DNA of 19,068 bases from Ginkgo biloba (taxonomy: Eukaryota > Plantae > Ginkgophyta): positions 172,286,162 through 172,305,229 of the forward strand of contig JANKJI020000002.1 in assembly GCA_024626585.2 (NCBI GenBank), given 5' to 3'. A program made the translations under genes and the position numbers. Under the pieces are notes generated by a model, which made no database searches, had not been told where the DNA came from, and saw nothing but the letters and a program-made list of their open reading frames with translations. This document shows positions 8,760 through 19,068 of the stretch, piece after piece. How positions within the stretch are numbered: the first letter of the stretch is position 1; each line of letters opens with the position of its first letter.

Positions 8760-11275
8760 CATGTTTTAGCTACCCAGCAGAATTTGGTTTGAAAAATAAT
8801 TATGACACAAATCTTGGAGGTATACTTCCAAGCTCCATGTGTTGAGTATTAATATATTAGGAGCAATTAGCTAATCATTTCAACCCAAAAAAAAAAACAA
8901 GAACAATGATATGTTGTTGTAAGGACTTACATTATTCCTTTTGTATTGAAACCTTTTTCTTGTGACAACATTCACTTTTTATAGTGGAAAGCACATGCAA
9001 CTATAAAGTGTACATAATATTACAATGGAAAGATCATATTTAACTATTTAGTATCATTCAGAGGAATATTGCCTTCAATATTAAGTGCATCTTGACCTGT
9101 CATTTTCTGAATGAAACTTGTGACCAACACAAGAATAGTTGCATAAGAGGACCCATTGCTTCAAAAATCAGAACTCAGAACTTGCAAGTCCTCTGAAATC
9201 GGCCAAAATCAAACAACTGAAGGCATCTTTGCAAACAATAGGAAATATATGAATCAGACAAACTGAAGCCCACCATCTGCACCACTTAACTGAAGAAAAC
9301 GAAAGATGTTTCCAAATACCAATGGATCTCAAATAGTGCTTTCTTCATATTTAAATAACTAACTTCTTCCATAGTTAACATGATGACGGGGGTTTTCTCA
9401 AATATAATCTGATTATTANNNNNNNNNNNNNNNNNNNNNNNNNNNNNNNNNNNTTAATGAAAAGATCCTCCTTACTTCCAGAAATCTCAGTTTAATATCT
9501 GGAGTGCCAAACTTCATGTAATCCTCTATGAATAGCAACCCAATATTGGGCATTTAGTGATATATTTTGACAAGAATGTTGTGTTAAACAATGAACATCA
9601 CGTCAAAATCCATCAGATGACTCGTAGAACATATGAAATACATTGACGGTAACCCTAATAATGCAAATATATGACAATGTCTACATTCAAGAAATTACAT
9701 TTCCACAGGAAACTTTTGGAGGCATAACACAGTGAGAAAGATTANNNNNNNNNNNNNNNNNNNNNNNNNNNNNNNNNNNNNNNNNNNNNNNNNNNNNNNN
9801 NNNNNNNNNNNNNNNNNNNNNNNNNNNNNNNNNNNNNNNNNNNNNNNNNNNNNNNNNNNNNNNNNNNNNNNNNNNNNNNNNNNNNNNNNNNNNNNNNNNN
9901 NNNNNNNNNNNNNNNNNNNNNNNNNNNNNNNNNNNNNNNNNNNNNNNNNNNNNNNNNNNNNNNNNNNNNNNNNNNNNNNNNNNNNNNNNNNNNNNNNNNN
10001 NNNNNNNNNNNNNNNNNNNNNNNNNNNNNNNNNNNNNNNNNNNNNNNNNNNNNNNNNNNNNNNNNNNNNNNNNNNNCTTCATTTTGCAGTCAATGCTTGT
10101 GCACTTCAGTACTTCTGAAAAGTGAAACTATTTGTCATGGCAAAAATAGGCCACAACTAAATGATGAACATTTTTTATGAGCTACTTATAGGGCTTGCCA
10201 AATATTATATTCTATACTATTTTAAGAATATTTATTTCTTGAAGCAAACTTTCAATTAAGGAACTCTACACAAACTTTCCAATTTGGTTGACTTATGTAA
10301 TTTCTGCGAATTAACTTGAAAATGCAGATAATGATACCTGGCATGCATCTTCTGCATCCAAACATGGAACACAATTAGATACATCGTCACAGAAAAATAA
10401 AATATCCAATAATCCTATTGTCCCAGCTTGGTACTAGAATTTTGTTTTATTGTGCCATTGTAGAGGGGCGAAAAATGATATAAAAGACCATTTGATGATA
10501 AATTAAATGATGAGCCTCTCCTTAATTCATACGACCTTCCTGTCAAATAATTGATCTTAACTTCATTTGGTGCATTTCATGCTAATTTGTAAGACTGGCA
10601 GGTATCACTGTATCTTTTGTAAAATATTTAAATAGATTTACATTTCACTGGTTAGGGTCACTCAAAAGATGTACTTGAGTGCATTTCGTCCACATTACTG
10701 ACACAAACTGGAACATGCAAAACAAAGAGAACTGCAACATCTTTCTAATGCAAACAATTGAAATTGTATACAGGCAAGCAATTGCCTTCTGACAAGACTC
10801 TTCAAGATGCATTTACCATAGAAGGGAAGGCTTGCTAAAGAGTGCATGAGAAAACTATTTCTAAAATGCTCCAAGTTACCACCTTATTGTATCCAACCAA
10901 CAACACATTTCACTTAATTTTTCCTGTTTTAGTCGTTAGACCATATTGAAGTAAGGCCAATCCTGTCAACAAAGCCACTCATTTTCTCAAAATTGTGGGC
11001 GAGCATTGCACAGAAATTGACCATGGATATTTATTATTATCAGAAATCCTAAGATGCTAATTCATAAACAATCTGAGGCAATGCAAATCATAGTAGCACC
11101 GAAACCATTTTGGAGAACTTTTCACATTTGAAACCATTTCGCTCTCAGTGTAACTCGAAACTCGTGAATCTTTTTTAGTGAAACATTGAAAATAACATTA
11201 TATGTTGTACAAAATAAGTATATTAGATGATTATCGGCACATTTATTTCTAGATTTTTACGTTATATGTCGTGCG
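8760..11275 (-). other. Non-TE-looking island, intron-like, with several candidate minus-strand exons but no open frame
   Basis: No retroelement motifs found. The minus strand looks T-rich. AG/GT-bounded segments occur at 10817-10962, 10642-10731, 10338-10539, <=10114, 9476-9654, 9097-9289 and 8931-9000. All complete segments contain stops in the frames I translated. Confidence 0.3.
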
Positions 11276-13189
11276 NNNNNNNNNNNNNNNNNNNNNNNNN
11301 NNNNNNNNNNNNNNNNNNNNNNNNNNNNNNNNNNNNNNNNNNNNNNNNNNNNNNNNNNNNNNNNNNNNNNNNNNNNNNNNNNNNNNNNNNNNNNNNNNNN
11401 NNNNNNNNNNNNNNNNNNNNNNNNNNNNNNNNNNNNNNNNNNNNNNNNNNNNNNNNNNNNNNNNNNNNNNNNNNNNNNNNNNNNNNNNNNNNNNNNNNNN
11501 NNNNNNNNNNNNNNNNNNNNNNNNNNNNNNNNNNNNNNNNNNNNNNNNNNNNNNNNNNNNNNNNNNNNNNNNNNNNNNNNNNNNNNNNNNNNNNNNNNNN
11601 NNNNNNNNNNNNNNNNNNNNNNNNNNNNNNNNNNNNNNNNNNNNNNNNNNNNNNNNNNNNNNNNNNNNNNNNNNNNNNNNNNNNNNNNNNNNNNNNNNNN
11701 NNNNNNNNNNNNNNNNNNNNNNNNNNNNNNNNNNNNNNNNNNNNNNNNNNNNNNNNNNNNNNNNNNNNNNNNNNNNNNNNNNNNNNNNNNNNNNNNNNNN
11801 NNNNNNNNNNNNNNNNNNNNNNNNNNNNNNNNNNNNNNNNNNNNNNNNNNNNNNNNNNNNNNNNNNNNNNNNNNNNNNNNNNNNNNNNNNNNNNNNNNNN
11901 NNNNNNNNNNNNNNNNNNNNNNNNNNNNNNNNNNNNNNNNNNNNNNNNNNNNNNNNNNNNNNNNNNNNNNNNNNNNNNNNNNNNNNNNNNNNNNNNNNNN
12001 NNNNNNNNNNNNNNNNNNNNNNNNNNNNNNNNNNNNNNNNNNNNNNNNNNNNNNNNNNNNNNNNNNNNNNNNNNNNNNNNNNNNNNNNNNGTAGCACACT
12101 CTTGATCTAAACAATGTAGAAGATAAAAATCCCAGCATACACAAGACAAAGGATTGATCATATGCTTCTGCTCATTGGCAAATAGAATGATTGCCTTAAA
12201 AGGGAGGGAAAACTTTCACATTGGAAGAAAAGATCTATCTGGATGAGGAGCTCACATGACTACAAGTTGAAGAGCTCAAAAAGGCACGAGTGTTAGAGGT
12301 GGAGGCCTCAAAATGAAACAAATGGGCAGTCATATGAAATGGCAATGCATGGCTCCAAGACTCTCCTCCCTAGGGGCGAGACCAATTATGATCTCTCCTA
12401 GAGTGACACTAAACTAGTGGAGGCAACAGTGGGAAGCTATTGATAGTTATTTGCACTATAATGGGAGGTGTTATGTCCTTGCCAATATAGTCACCCTACA
12501 CAATATTATCGATCTCCACAAATCCCCTCGCCCTCCACTTGCAAACCATGCCCTTATAGCCTTCCTGCTCCTTTACATCTTGCCTAAGGGTAGTTCCTCC
12601 TCGCTGTCATTGTCCCAATTTCCCCATCCTATTGCCTCCATATGCTTCGATCATGCCTATGATGAAAAATATCGAACCCACATTACTCATGTTTTGCCAA
12701 AGTTCTACTCTTTACCCTTGGTCGAAGAGAATGCAGACTTCCTCATGCAATTGCTAGGAAAGCAACCTCAAAATATTTCCCAAACTTGACACTTTGCCCC
12801 CTCCATCTTGCCTCTTCCTTTGCATCTAGGTTATGTCCCATAAATAAACGGGTTGATGAAGAATGTATAGAGATGCCCAAGAAACTAACATGAGACATCA
12901 TTTTTTGCCTTGAAATAGCCAAAGAAAACCAAAAAGCATGTCGATACCTTCTTAGACACAAGAAGTGACGCTTCTTGTCCCTAAAAAGGGTCAAGATGGT
13001 CCACTTACTAAGAGATCAATCAAAGCTTTTTTTGGAGGAAACTCATTCCATGCAAGCCCTCCTACTTGTTGTCTAATCCCGAGGTATGGCACACCCATTC
13101 CTCCAATCTCCACCACACCTCTAAGCAACCCCCCTTGCTTGCACCACCCCGCCCTACATCATTGTAATAGTCCCACCTTAAGCCTGTAA

Positions 13190-14130
13190 GCTTTTTGTGG
13201 CAATTAACATAAAACATTCCATAACATGTTAATAAAAAATTATTATCATCATCACAATTGCATAAGTTCACATAAATAAATAGATGCAATAAATAAATCA
13301 TACACAATGCAAGAGTTAAGATTTACTTATGCCTTTTATACCATCATATAGACTCTAAGGTTGGACTACTAGGGGTAGGACTTGATGGTAGGTAGTACAC
13401 TCCCACTATTGGCCACGAGGACCCCTAAATGGCTTCGTTGTAGCTACCAACCAAACCTTTGACCCCATAAAGGCTCACAGTCATCCCCAAACAACCTCCT
13501 TGTTAGGGTCCACCCCTTGTAGCTTGAAAGAGTGCCAAGGCCTCAGGATCCAAGCCATCCTTTTAGGAACTAGGGTCGTCTCTCTATAGTATTGAGAGAC
13601 CCTCCTCCCTCAGACAAATCAACTCGATTGTACGCAATATAACATAAGAGCACATAGTATTAATTAGTGGGGATATCCAACCCCCATTTTGCCTGCTAAC
13701 ATAAGCGATAACATTGAAGTCTCCTTGAAGTTCTTGGGTTATTAGCCCCACTCTACTTGTTTATCCCTAATAACAAGCGTTCACTCACAAGGAGCTTACA
13801 AGTTCAAACCCTANNNNNNNNNNNNNNNNNNNNNNNNNNNNNNNNNNNNNNNNNNNNNNNNNNNNNNNNNNNNNNNNNNNNNNNNNNNNNNNNNNNNNNN
13901 NNNNNNNNNNNNTACCCTACTCATCATAATGATAATAAAAAATACTAACTTACATGCAATTACCCTATGACTTAGGGTGCAATGTTGTAACATGTTAAAA
14001 TTTGACAGTCTAGGGTACATACATCCCTATGACATCATACCAAATCAAGATCATAGATTTAAACTACACAAAGCATACACAACATTACAATGACATAAAC
14101 TAATATAAACAAAAAAAATAAGATCTACCT
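13190..14130 (-). mobile_element. Probable non-coding internal/leader region of a Tat/Ogre-like gypsy element
   Basis: A/C-rich flanks surround a GC-richer non-coding core with short hairpins (GTCTCTC-9nt-GAGAGAC, 13578-13600). Resemblance is from recalled sequence style only; no protein motif. Confidence 0.3.
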
Positions 14131-14279
14131 ATTTGGGTGCTTACCTTGATGTTCTACCTTCCCTAAGTACTGTAGAAGCTTGCTTTAGCAAAAACATCAA
14201 TTTTTGAAATACTTCAAGTGCAACGACCTTATTCCACTCCTGATATAATAATTTTGTAAAACTAAATGCAATGCACCTA

Positions 14280-15212
14280 CTAAAACCAGACTAGTAGCTT
14301 TATGTCCTAGTTCAACCCTCTTCTGCAACTCCACACAACTCCAATCACACAAAAAAGTCTCCAAAAGGCAACGCCTTCAACCATAGCTATGTTTGGGGGG
14401 TTCCTCTTTAAGAACTTCCCCCCAAAAGTTGCTNNNNNNNNNAGCATACACCCACATAATGAGAGAATGGTACCCGTATCTAGTCTTATGTTCCTCGCAA
14501 ATGTTAGCATTGAAGGAGATCACTAGGCATAGATGTGGCTAGTACAATGAGGCTTTTGCACTACTACAGACAATTGGCATATCAATTGATACACTAGAAG
14601 TTGTCAAATTCTCATTGGATGCACCTAATCTCCCACTTATGAAGGAGACTAATAAGCAATTTGAGGGGATATCTACAAGGCCTACATTTATAGTCCACGT
14701 GCATCTCTCCATTCGAAGCTCTTAGTCCTAAATTGGCCTTCTACCTTGAGCATTTTCTCCATATCTCTAAAGGCACCATTGATCTTCCAAGCTACCTACG
14801 TTTGCATATGTCACATGGTAAGTGATTCCCTATCGATAATTTATAGTATACTTCCATCAATGTCGGATAAAGACAAAACATCATGTAACTAGAGATCAAT
14901 GCAGCTACAAACTTTGCTCACTTGAAGTAGAGATGGAGGAGCACTTCATTTTTTGGTGCACCTGACTTTTATTAGACTATAGGGAGGTAGTTCTACCTTT
15001 TCAGGGATACGATAGAGTCCCTTGCCACATTCATTTCATACAAGGACCAACAATGTGTTGCTATCTTCCTTAGAGAGATCTTCCTCCACAAACACAACCT
15101 CTTAAGAAGCATGACACAGCATCTAGACAAAATTCAAAGCATCACTTCTTTCTTTCAACTGATGACCTCAGTAATAGGATGGAAGTGCACAAGAAACATG
15201 CAATGCCTCTAA
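14280..15212 (+). mobile_element. 5'-truncated, degenerate non-LTR retrotransposon ORF2 C-terminus, RTE/RTEX-like
   Basis: Hand translation: GISIDTLEVVKFSLDAP; PKLAFYLEHFLHISKGTIDLPSYLRLHMSHG; FHQCRIKTKHHVTRDQCSYKLCSLEVEMEEHFIFWC (14852-14959, decayed SH.L.IE.G...R.C..C..VE.EEHF.F.C zinc-finger motif); after a 1-nt frameshift PDFY*TIGR*FYLFRD..YKDQQCVAIFLREIF..QSITSFF..stop 15210-15212. The left boundary is approximate. Confidence 0.75.
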
Positions 15213-15383
15213 TGAGACATCCAACATTGTCCTGAGACTTATTAGATCAGTCGTCATCAACACCATACACAACCTAGTAGGAAACATCTCGGATGCACCA
15301 ACAGAGGTCCTCATAGGACCATGAGGGGCAAGTCCAAAGCTAGGGAAGCAAACTCATCACTAGCATCTTAAGGCCAAGCAGAG

Positions 15384-15655
15384 GAGCCTAGACCTTGGAT
15401 GCTAGGAGAAAGTCATTTTTCAATAGCCATTAACAAACAAACTGCAGAGGATATCATTAGTCAAACTTTGGGTGATTTTGTGCTTGTGGACGACTTTGAG
15501 ATCTCTCACAACAGGATTGACAAGTTTTCAATAATCTAGATTGGTGCCCTGTGGGATCTTTTATACCTTAGATGGGAAGTTAAAAGGGCCCTCCCTCAAG
15601 AAGGGAAGGGCCCTTGCACTCCTATTTGATGTACATTTATATAAAATCTTCTAAG
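15384..15655 (+). mobile_element. Possible 3'-terminal fragment of an L1-clade LINE (RNase H-like remnant plus structured 3' UTR)
   Basis: WMLGESHFSIAINKQ..IISQ..VDDFEISH resembles the plant L1 RNase H pattern W.EGDS..I.AI....F.ISH. It is followed by a GC-rich hairpin at 15584-15615 and an AT-rich end. No clear poly(A). Confidence 0.3.
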
Positions 15656-15799
15656 TAGAGCTATCCTTTAGGTCTTAATTTGAGNNNNNNNNNNNNNNNN
15701 NNNNNNNNNNNNNNNNNNNNNNNNNNNNNNNNNNNNNNNNNNNNNNNNNNNNNNNNNNNNNNNNNNNNNNNNNNNNNNNNNNNNTGAGACTCACTAAGC

Positions 15800-16260
15800 C
15801 TTATGAGATGGTGTCCTTAAGAAGTGATGTATTAGAGTCTATTAACCATCTATTTGATGCAAAATCTACATGGCTCATCTCAAAAGGTCGTGGTTCATCC
15901 TTGGCCAGGTCACAAAGAGGTGTTCACCAAGTGTTGGTAATTGCATTGAAGTCTTATAGAAGAATAACATTGTCGTGCGCTAAGAAACCAAAAATATTTG
16001 ATACAAGGAAAGCACAGTTAGCCAAGGGGAGTTGTAGTGACCAACTACACTAGCTCCTCCCTTATGAGGAAAATAGGTAGAGGCATCCAACCTAGGAAAA
16101 CGAGGGAGACCAATAAGAATAATCTTCTCAAACTTATTTGGCTCTTAAGAAATTAAAAAACATAAGCAAACTTATCTTTGCACAAGGCAGCCCAATGGAA
16201 TCATCCATCTTTTGAGCAAGTTGAATCTTGATGAAGCAATACAATAAATGTCTCTTCAAT
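15800..16260 (-). mobile_element. Possible decayed plant L1 ORF1 (DUF4283-like) fragment
   Basis: Ordered weak motifs on the minus strand: LLYCF, LLKRWM, PCAK, FNAITNT, FASNRWLIDSNTSL, compared with LICRF, L..WI, PCAKGFF, F.AIGN.LG, FARI.V.ID.S..L. Confidence 0.35.
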
Positions 16261-16529
16261 AGTTTTTTAAATAGATATGACATATTCACAACTACAAAAA
16301 GTCAAAACCCATTTTGAAGGGGTAGGCATTCCATCCCCTTATCTCGACTTATTTGAACTTATTTGCCAACCAAGATCAACCCTATGCAAATAACAATACT
16401 CCATATGGACCAACATTCAATTCACTAGTGATAACTAATTGCTCAATCCACAAGCTCCATTGAATGGATATGCATATATCAAGCTATAANNNNNNNNNNN
16501 NNNNNNNNNNNNNNNNNNNNNNNNNNCAA

Positions 16530-17230
16530 ATTGTAAAATGTTTCCAATCAAGATAACATTTCTATTGCACAACCTTCTAATAGAGAGAGGTAAAATACAC
16601 CACCACGCATAGCCCTCAAAGGAATAAATACTATTATGAATTAATATATTATGCCCAAGTACAAGACAATCTCTAAATGACACAAAGCAGACCCTTAGAA
16701 TAGAACAAGTAGCAATCAACCAAGTACCTCAAGGTATGACATCGGCANNNNNNNNNNNNNNNNNNNNNNNNNNAGCTACAAAAAATCTAAAATACCCCCT
16801 AAATACATAAAACACTAATGTACAACCCTTACACTGTGTGTGTTTCCCTGCACTTTATTTGGAGATGCCAAACAATGGTTTTCCCAACTACAATGCTCTG
16901 ATTCATATATTGAATAGTTAATTGAAAACTTAATCTACTTATATCTTGTTATGAAGCTCCACAGACTAACAAAAATCATTTGAAAACATTGACTTTTCTA
17001 AAACAAGGTCACGAGGAATCAATAGCACAACATATTAAGAATTTTAGAATTGTTTTGGCCAACTACTTGACTCACTTTGATGAGTAAATTCTCTTGCTCA
17101 TTATGGGAAGCTTGCAACCTTGGGCTTACTTAGATGTTTTAAAAATATTCCCCACTATAACCTAGGAAGTCATGCAGAGTGCCCTCTTTTGTGAGGCAAA
17201 CCTTATCTAGCCAGGTATGGTCCAATCCGC
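16530..17230 (+). mobile_element. Degenerate Ty3/gypsy (Tat/Ogre- or Athila-type) gag
   Basis: LCVFPCTLFGDAKQWFSQL (from 16834) and LKTLTFLKQGHEESIAQHIKNFRIVL (from 16980) match the Retrotrans_gag motifs F..L.G.A..WF..L and L.Q...ES...Y..RF. Frameshifts and stops are present. Confidence 0.82.
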
Positions 17231-17978
17231 CCCTCATGACACTTCTATAGTTGTCCATTAGGAAGATGAACAATTCCAACAACTGCCTAACCATTAGCTA
17301 TTCAATACCTAAAGTACATAAAATATCATATCAAAACGTCATGAATGATGGAGTAGTTAGATAACTTTCCCACTTTCTGCTTTCATAAACTTAGATTCAA
17401 CAGTTCAATCAAAACATAGACAATCTAAATCAAGCTTTATACAAAGGGTCTATCAATAATGTGCAAGCTATTACCAAACAGCATGCTTGCAATGCTCAAC
17501 TCAGCCTACTTTGGTCATTGAGGCTACCAATACACAAGGATATTTGTAGACTCGGTCTCAACAAGATTTCCCACAACAATAAAGCTAGAGATGATTTATT
17601 GGAAGAAGAAGCCCTAGGTTTATCCATCAAGTCTATGGGAGAAACCATATTGAGAAAGGTTGTAGACAAAGATTTCTTTATGCCTATTGTCAAACTAGGG
17701 GACAAACAAATCAAAATTGCCAACAAGACTACCAGTTAACTGAATATAAATACACTCCTAATTTCATGCCACTGGGTTATCCGAATCAAATTTAGAAAAC
17801 CTTTCCAACCCATTTCCTCATCATGCTTCTCAAGAAAGGAATGTGGACTATGTAAATAGGAAATCATTCAATGCAAAATTGCGTTTGAATTTCACTCCAT
17901 CACGCACAAATCCCACAAACTATTCAGTTTATGGAATCAACCAAACATGTCTTTCACACTCATAATGAATCCTTTAAA

Positions 17979-18233
17979 TGTTAGAATATTTAATGTTTAT
18001 TTGTTGTACCTTAGTATTATATTTGTATATTTATGTCCCAAAGTGTAAATGTAAATGTAAATTAATCATAACTTCCTGAGGATATTATTCTTGGGGAAGT
18101 CTTTAATTAGACCCCCGTACCCATTGTTTATTCATTGAGAGAAATTCAAAATAATAAAGAAGTGGTAGACCAGTTCTACCTTCTCTGGTGTTTGTGTTTT
18201 GTGTGTTCTTGAATCTTGATTTTGGTTTTCACA
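17979..18233 (+). repeat. 5' LTR (about 255 bp) of an LTR retrotransposon
   Basis: Ends ..GGTTTTCACA directly before a PBS, with a GT-rich U5-like tract, AATAAA near 18153, TATA-like CTTTAATTAGACCC and (TGTAAA)x3. The TGTTAGAA start at 17979 is the best guess for the left end. Confidence 0.7.
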
Positions 18234-18235
18234 TT

Positions 18236-18247
18236 TGGTATTAGAGC
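18236..18247 (+). promoter_or_regulatory. Primer-binding site complementary to tRNA-iMet
   Basis: TGGTATTAGAGC (one C>T from canonical TGGTATCAGAGC), 2 nt after the LTR-terminal CA. Confidence 0.9.
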
Positions 18248-19068
18248 TGGAATCTTGAAGAGGAGTGATCTAGATCTAAGTAGCGGATTGGAACAATGGT
18301 CGTATGCCATTCGAAGAAAGAAGCTAAGTTCGTGTGAGAAGACTATGCAACCAAAACTCTAGGGCATGTGCTACAATGTACGTAGAGAGAAACAATGGAC
18401 AAAACCTTGAGAGGGTGGTTTGTTGCAGAGAAAAATGCTTTTGAGAGGAGGAGCCATGCCTGAGACAAAACTCTAGGATGTCGTAGCAGACCTATGAACT
18501 GAAACAAAACGAATGGAGGAGATGAAAGGTGCCGCAAGTTGTAGACGCGCATTTGGATTCGAGTAGGTGAAGAATGTCGTGGAGGAGGACAAAGGTGAGA
18601 ACGCCAAGCAAGGAGAAGCCACTAGTGAAAAAGGAAAATCTGTGCTCTATTAAGAAAATGCGAGTTGAGGAGAGAACATCGCTGGTGGAAGGAGCCACGA
18701 ATGCCTGAAAATCGAGGCATAGAAGTGATGAACGACACAGTGGTGAAGGCCGAGGTCATAGACAAGATTCGAGCATAATCAAAGAGAAAATTCAAGTCCG
18801 TTAAATCAAAAAAATCAAATTGTGGAGCAGAATTGAGAGTGCAAGGGCGTTGCCGATTTTTTTTAATTGGTCAAAAGTTTTAAACTGTAGAAGTGTTAAT
18901 TAATTTTTATGTTATCTTTTTGTAATAGTTGCATGTGTCTGATCACTGACCACTAGTGGTCAGGTTAAGTGCTTTTTTGTAAAAAAGGGCTTTCTGGACC
19001 CTAAATTTTTTTTAAAAATTTCAAAAAATTACTGTAAAACTCCTTGAGTTGTTGAGGTTGTTTGTAAC
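18248..19068 (+). mobile_element. Internal 5' leader of the tRNA-Met-primed LTR element (continues beyond window)
   Basis: Follows the PBS; purine-rich, retains CpGs; short internal repeats (CAAAACTCTAGG twice, AGGAGCCA..TGCCTGA twice); no plus-strand gag ORF inside the window. Confidence 0.7.
18946..18963. repeat. Perfect 18-bp palindrome
   Basis: CTGACCACTAGTGGTCAG is its own reverse complement. Confidence 0.95.

Noticed and set aside
9500-9560. YWVAIH peptide resembling strictosidine-synthase-like FWVAI
   Set aside because: A five-residue match with no flanking motif such as PDN; likely chance.
12091-12300. Possible minus-strand L1 ORF1 remnant (FFQCESFPSL..YAGIFIFY)
   Set aside because: Similarity is too weak and short to call without an HMM search.
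12451-13189. 112-aa and 74-aa plus-strand ORFs
   Set aside because: Non-ATG starts and no recognisable domain; probably decayed TE sequence.
14392-14426. Hairpin TTTGGGGGG..CCCCCCAAA
   Set aside because: Homopolymer-driven, next to a gap and inside probable LINE coding remnant.
17461-17739. 92-aa ORF, possible integrase C-terminal remnant (QLSLLWSLR)
   Set aside because: Only one weak motif, and it is too close to gag without a large deletion.

Overview
Eukaryotic, AT-rich, CpG-depleted draft-assembly DNA with 15 N-gaps (about 2.5 kb). It is most likely from a large plant genome; a gymnosperm-like source is my inference from the element types. I can support no intact protein-coding gene, and nearly all ORF-track entries are artefacts of N runs or chance ORFs. 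The window is mostly decayed, nested retroelements. (1) A + strand chromovirus Ty3/gypsy integrase plus chromodomain with PPT and 3' LTR (795-2494). (2) A - strand non-chromovirus Ty3/gypsy pol, RT-RNaseH-INT (3818-6380). (3) A non-TE-looking island with a run of splice-site-bounded but closed-frame segments (about 8760-11275). (4) A + strand RTE/RTEX-like LINE C-terminus ending in a PIP-box-like motif (about 14280-15212), with possible L1 remnants next to it. (5) A + strand retrotransposon gag remnant (about 16530-17230). (6) A younger-looking LTR element with a short LTR, tRNA-iMet PBS and a non-coding leader containing a perfect 18-bp palindrome (17979-end). Family assignments rest on hand translation and remembered motifs, not database searches. 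I found no convincing novel multi-gene system. The best leads are the LINE C-terminal motif, the exon-like island and the young LTR leader.
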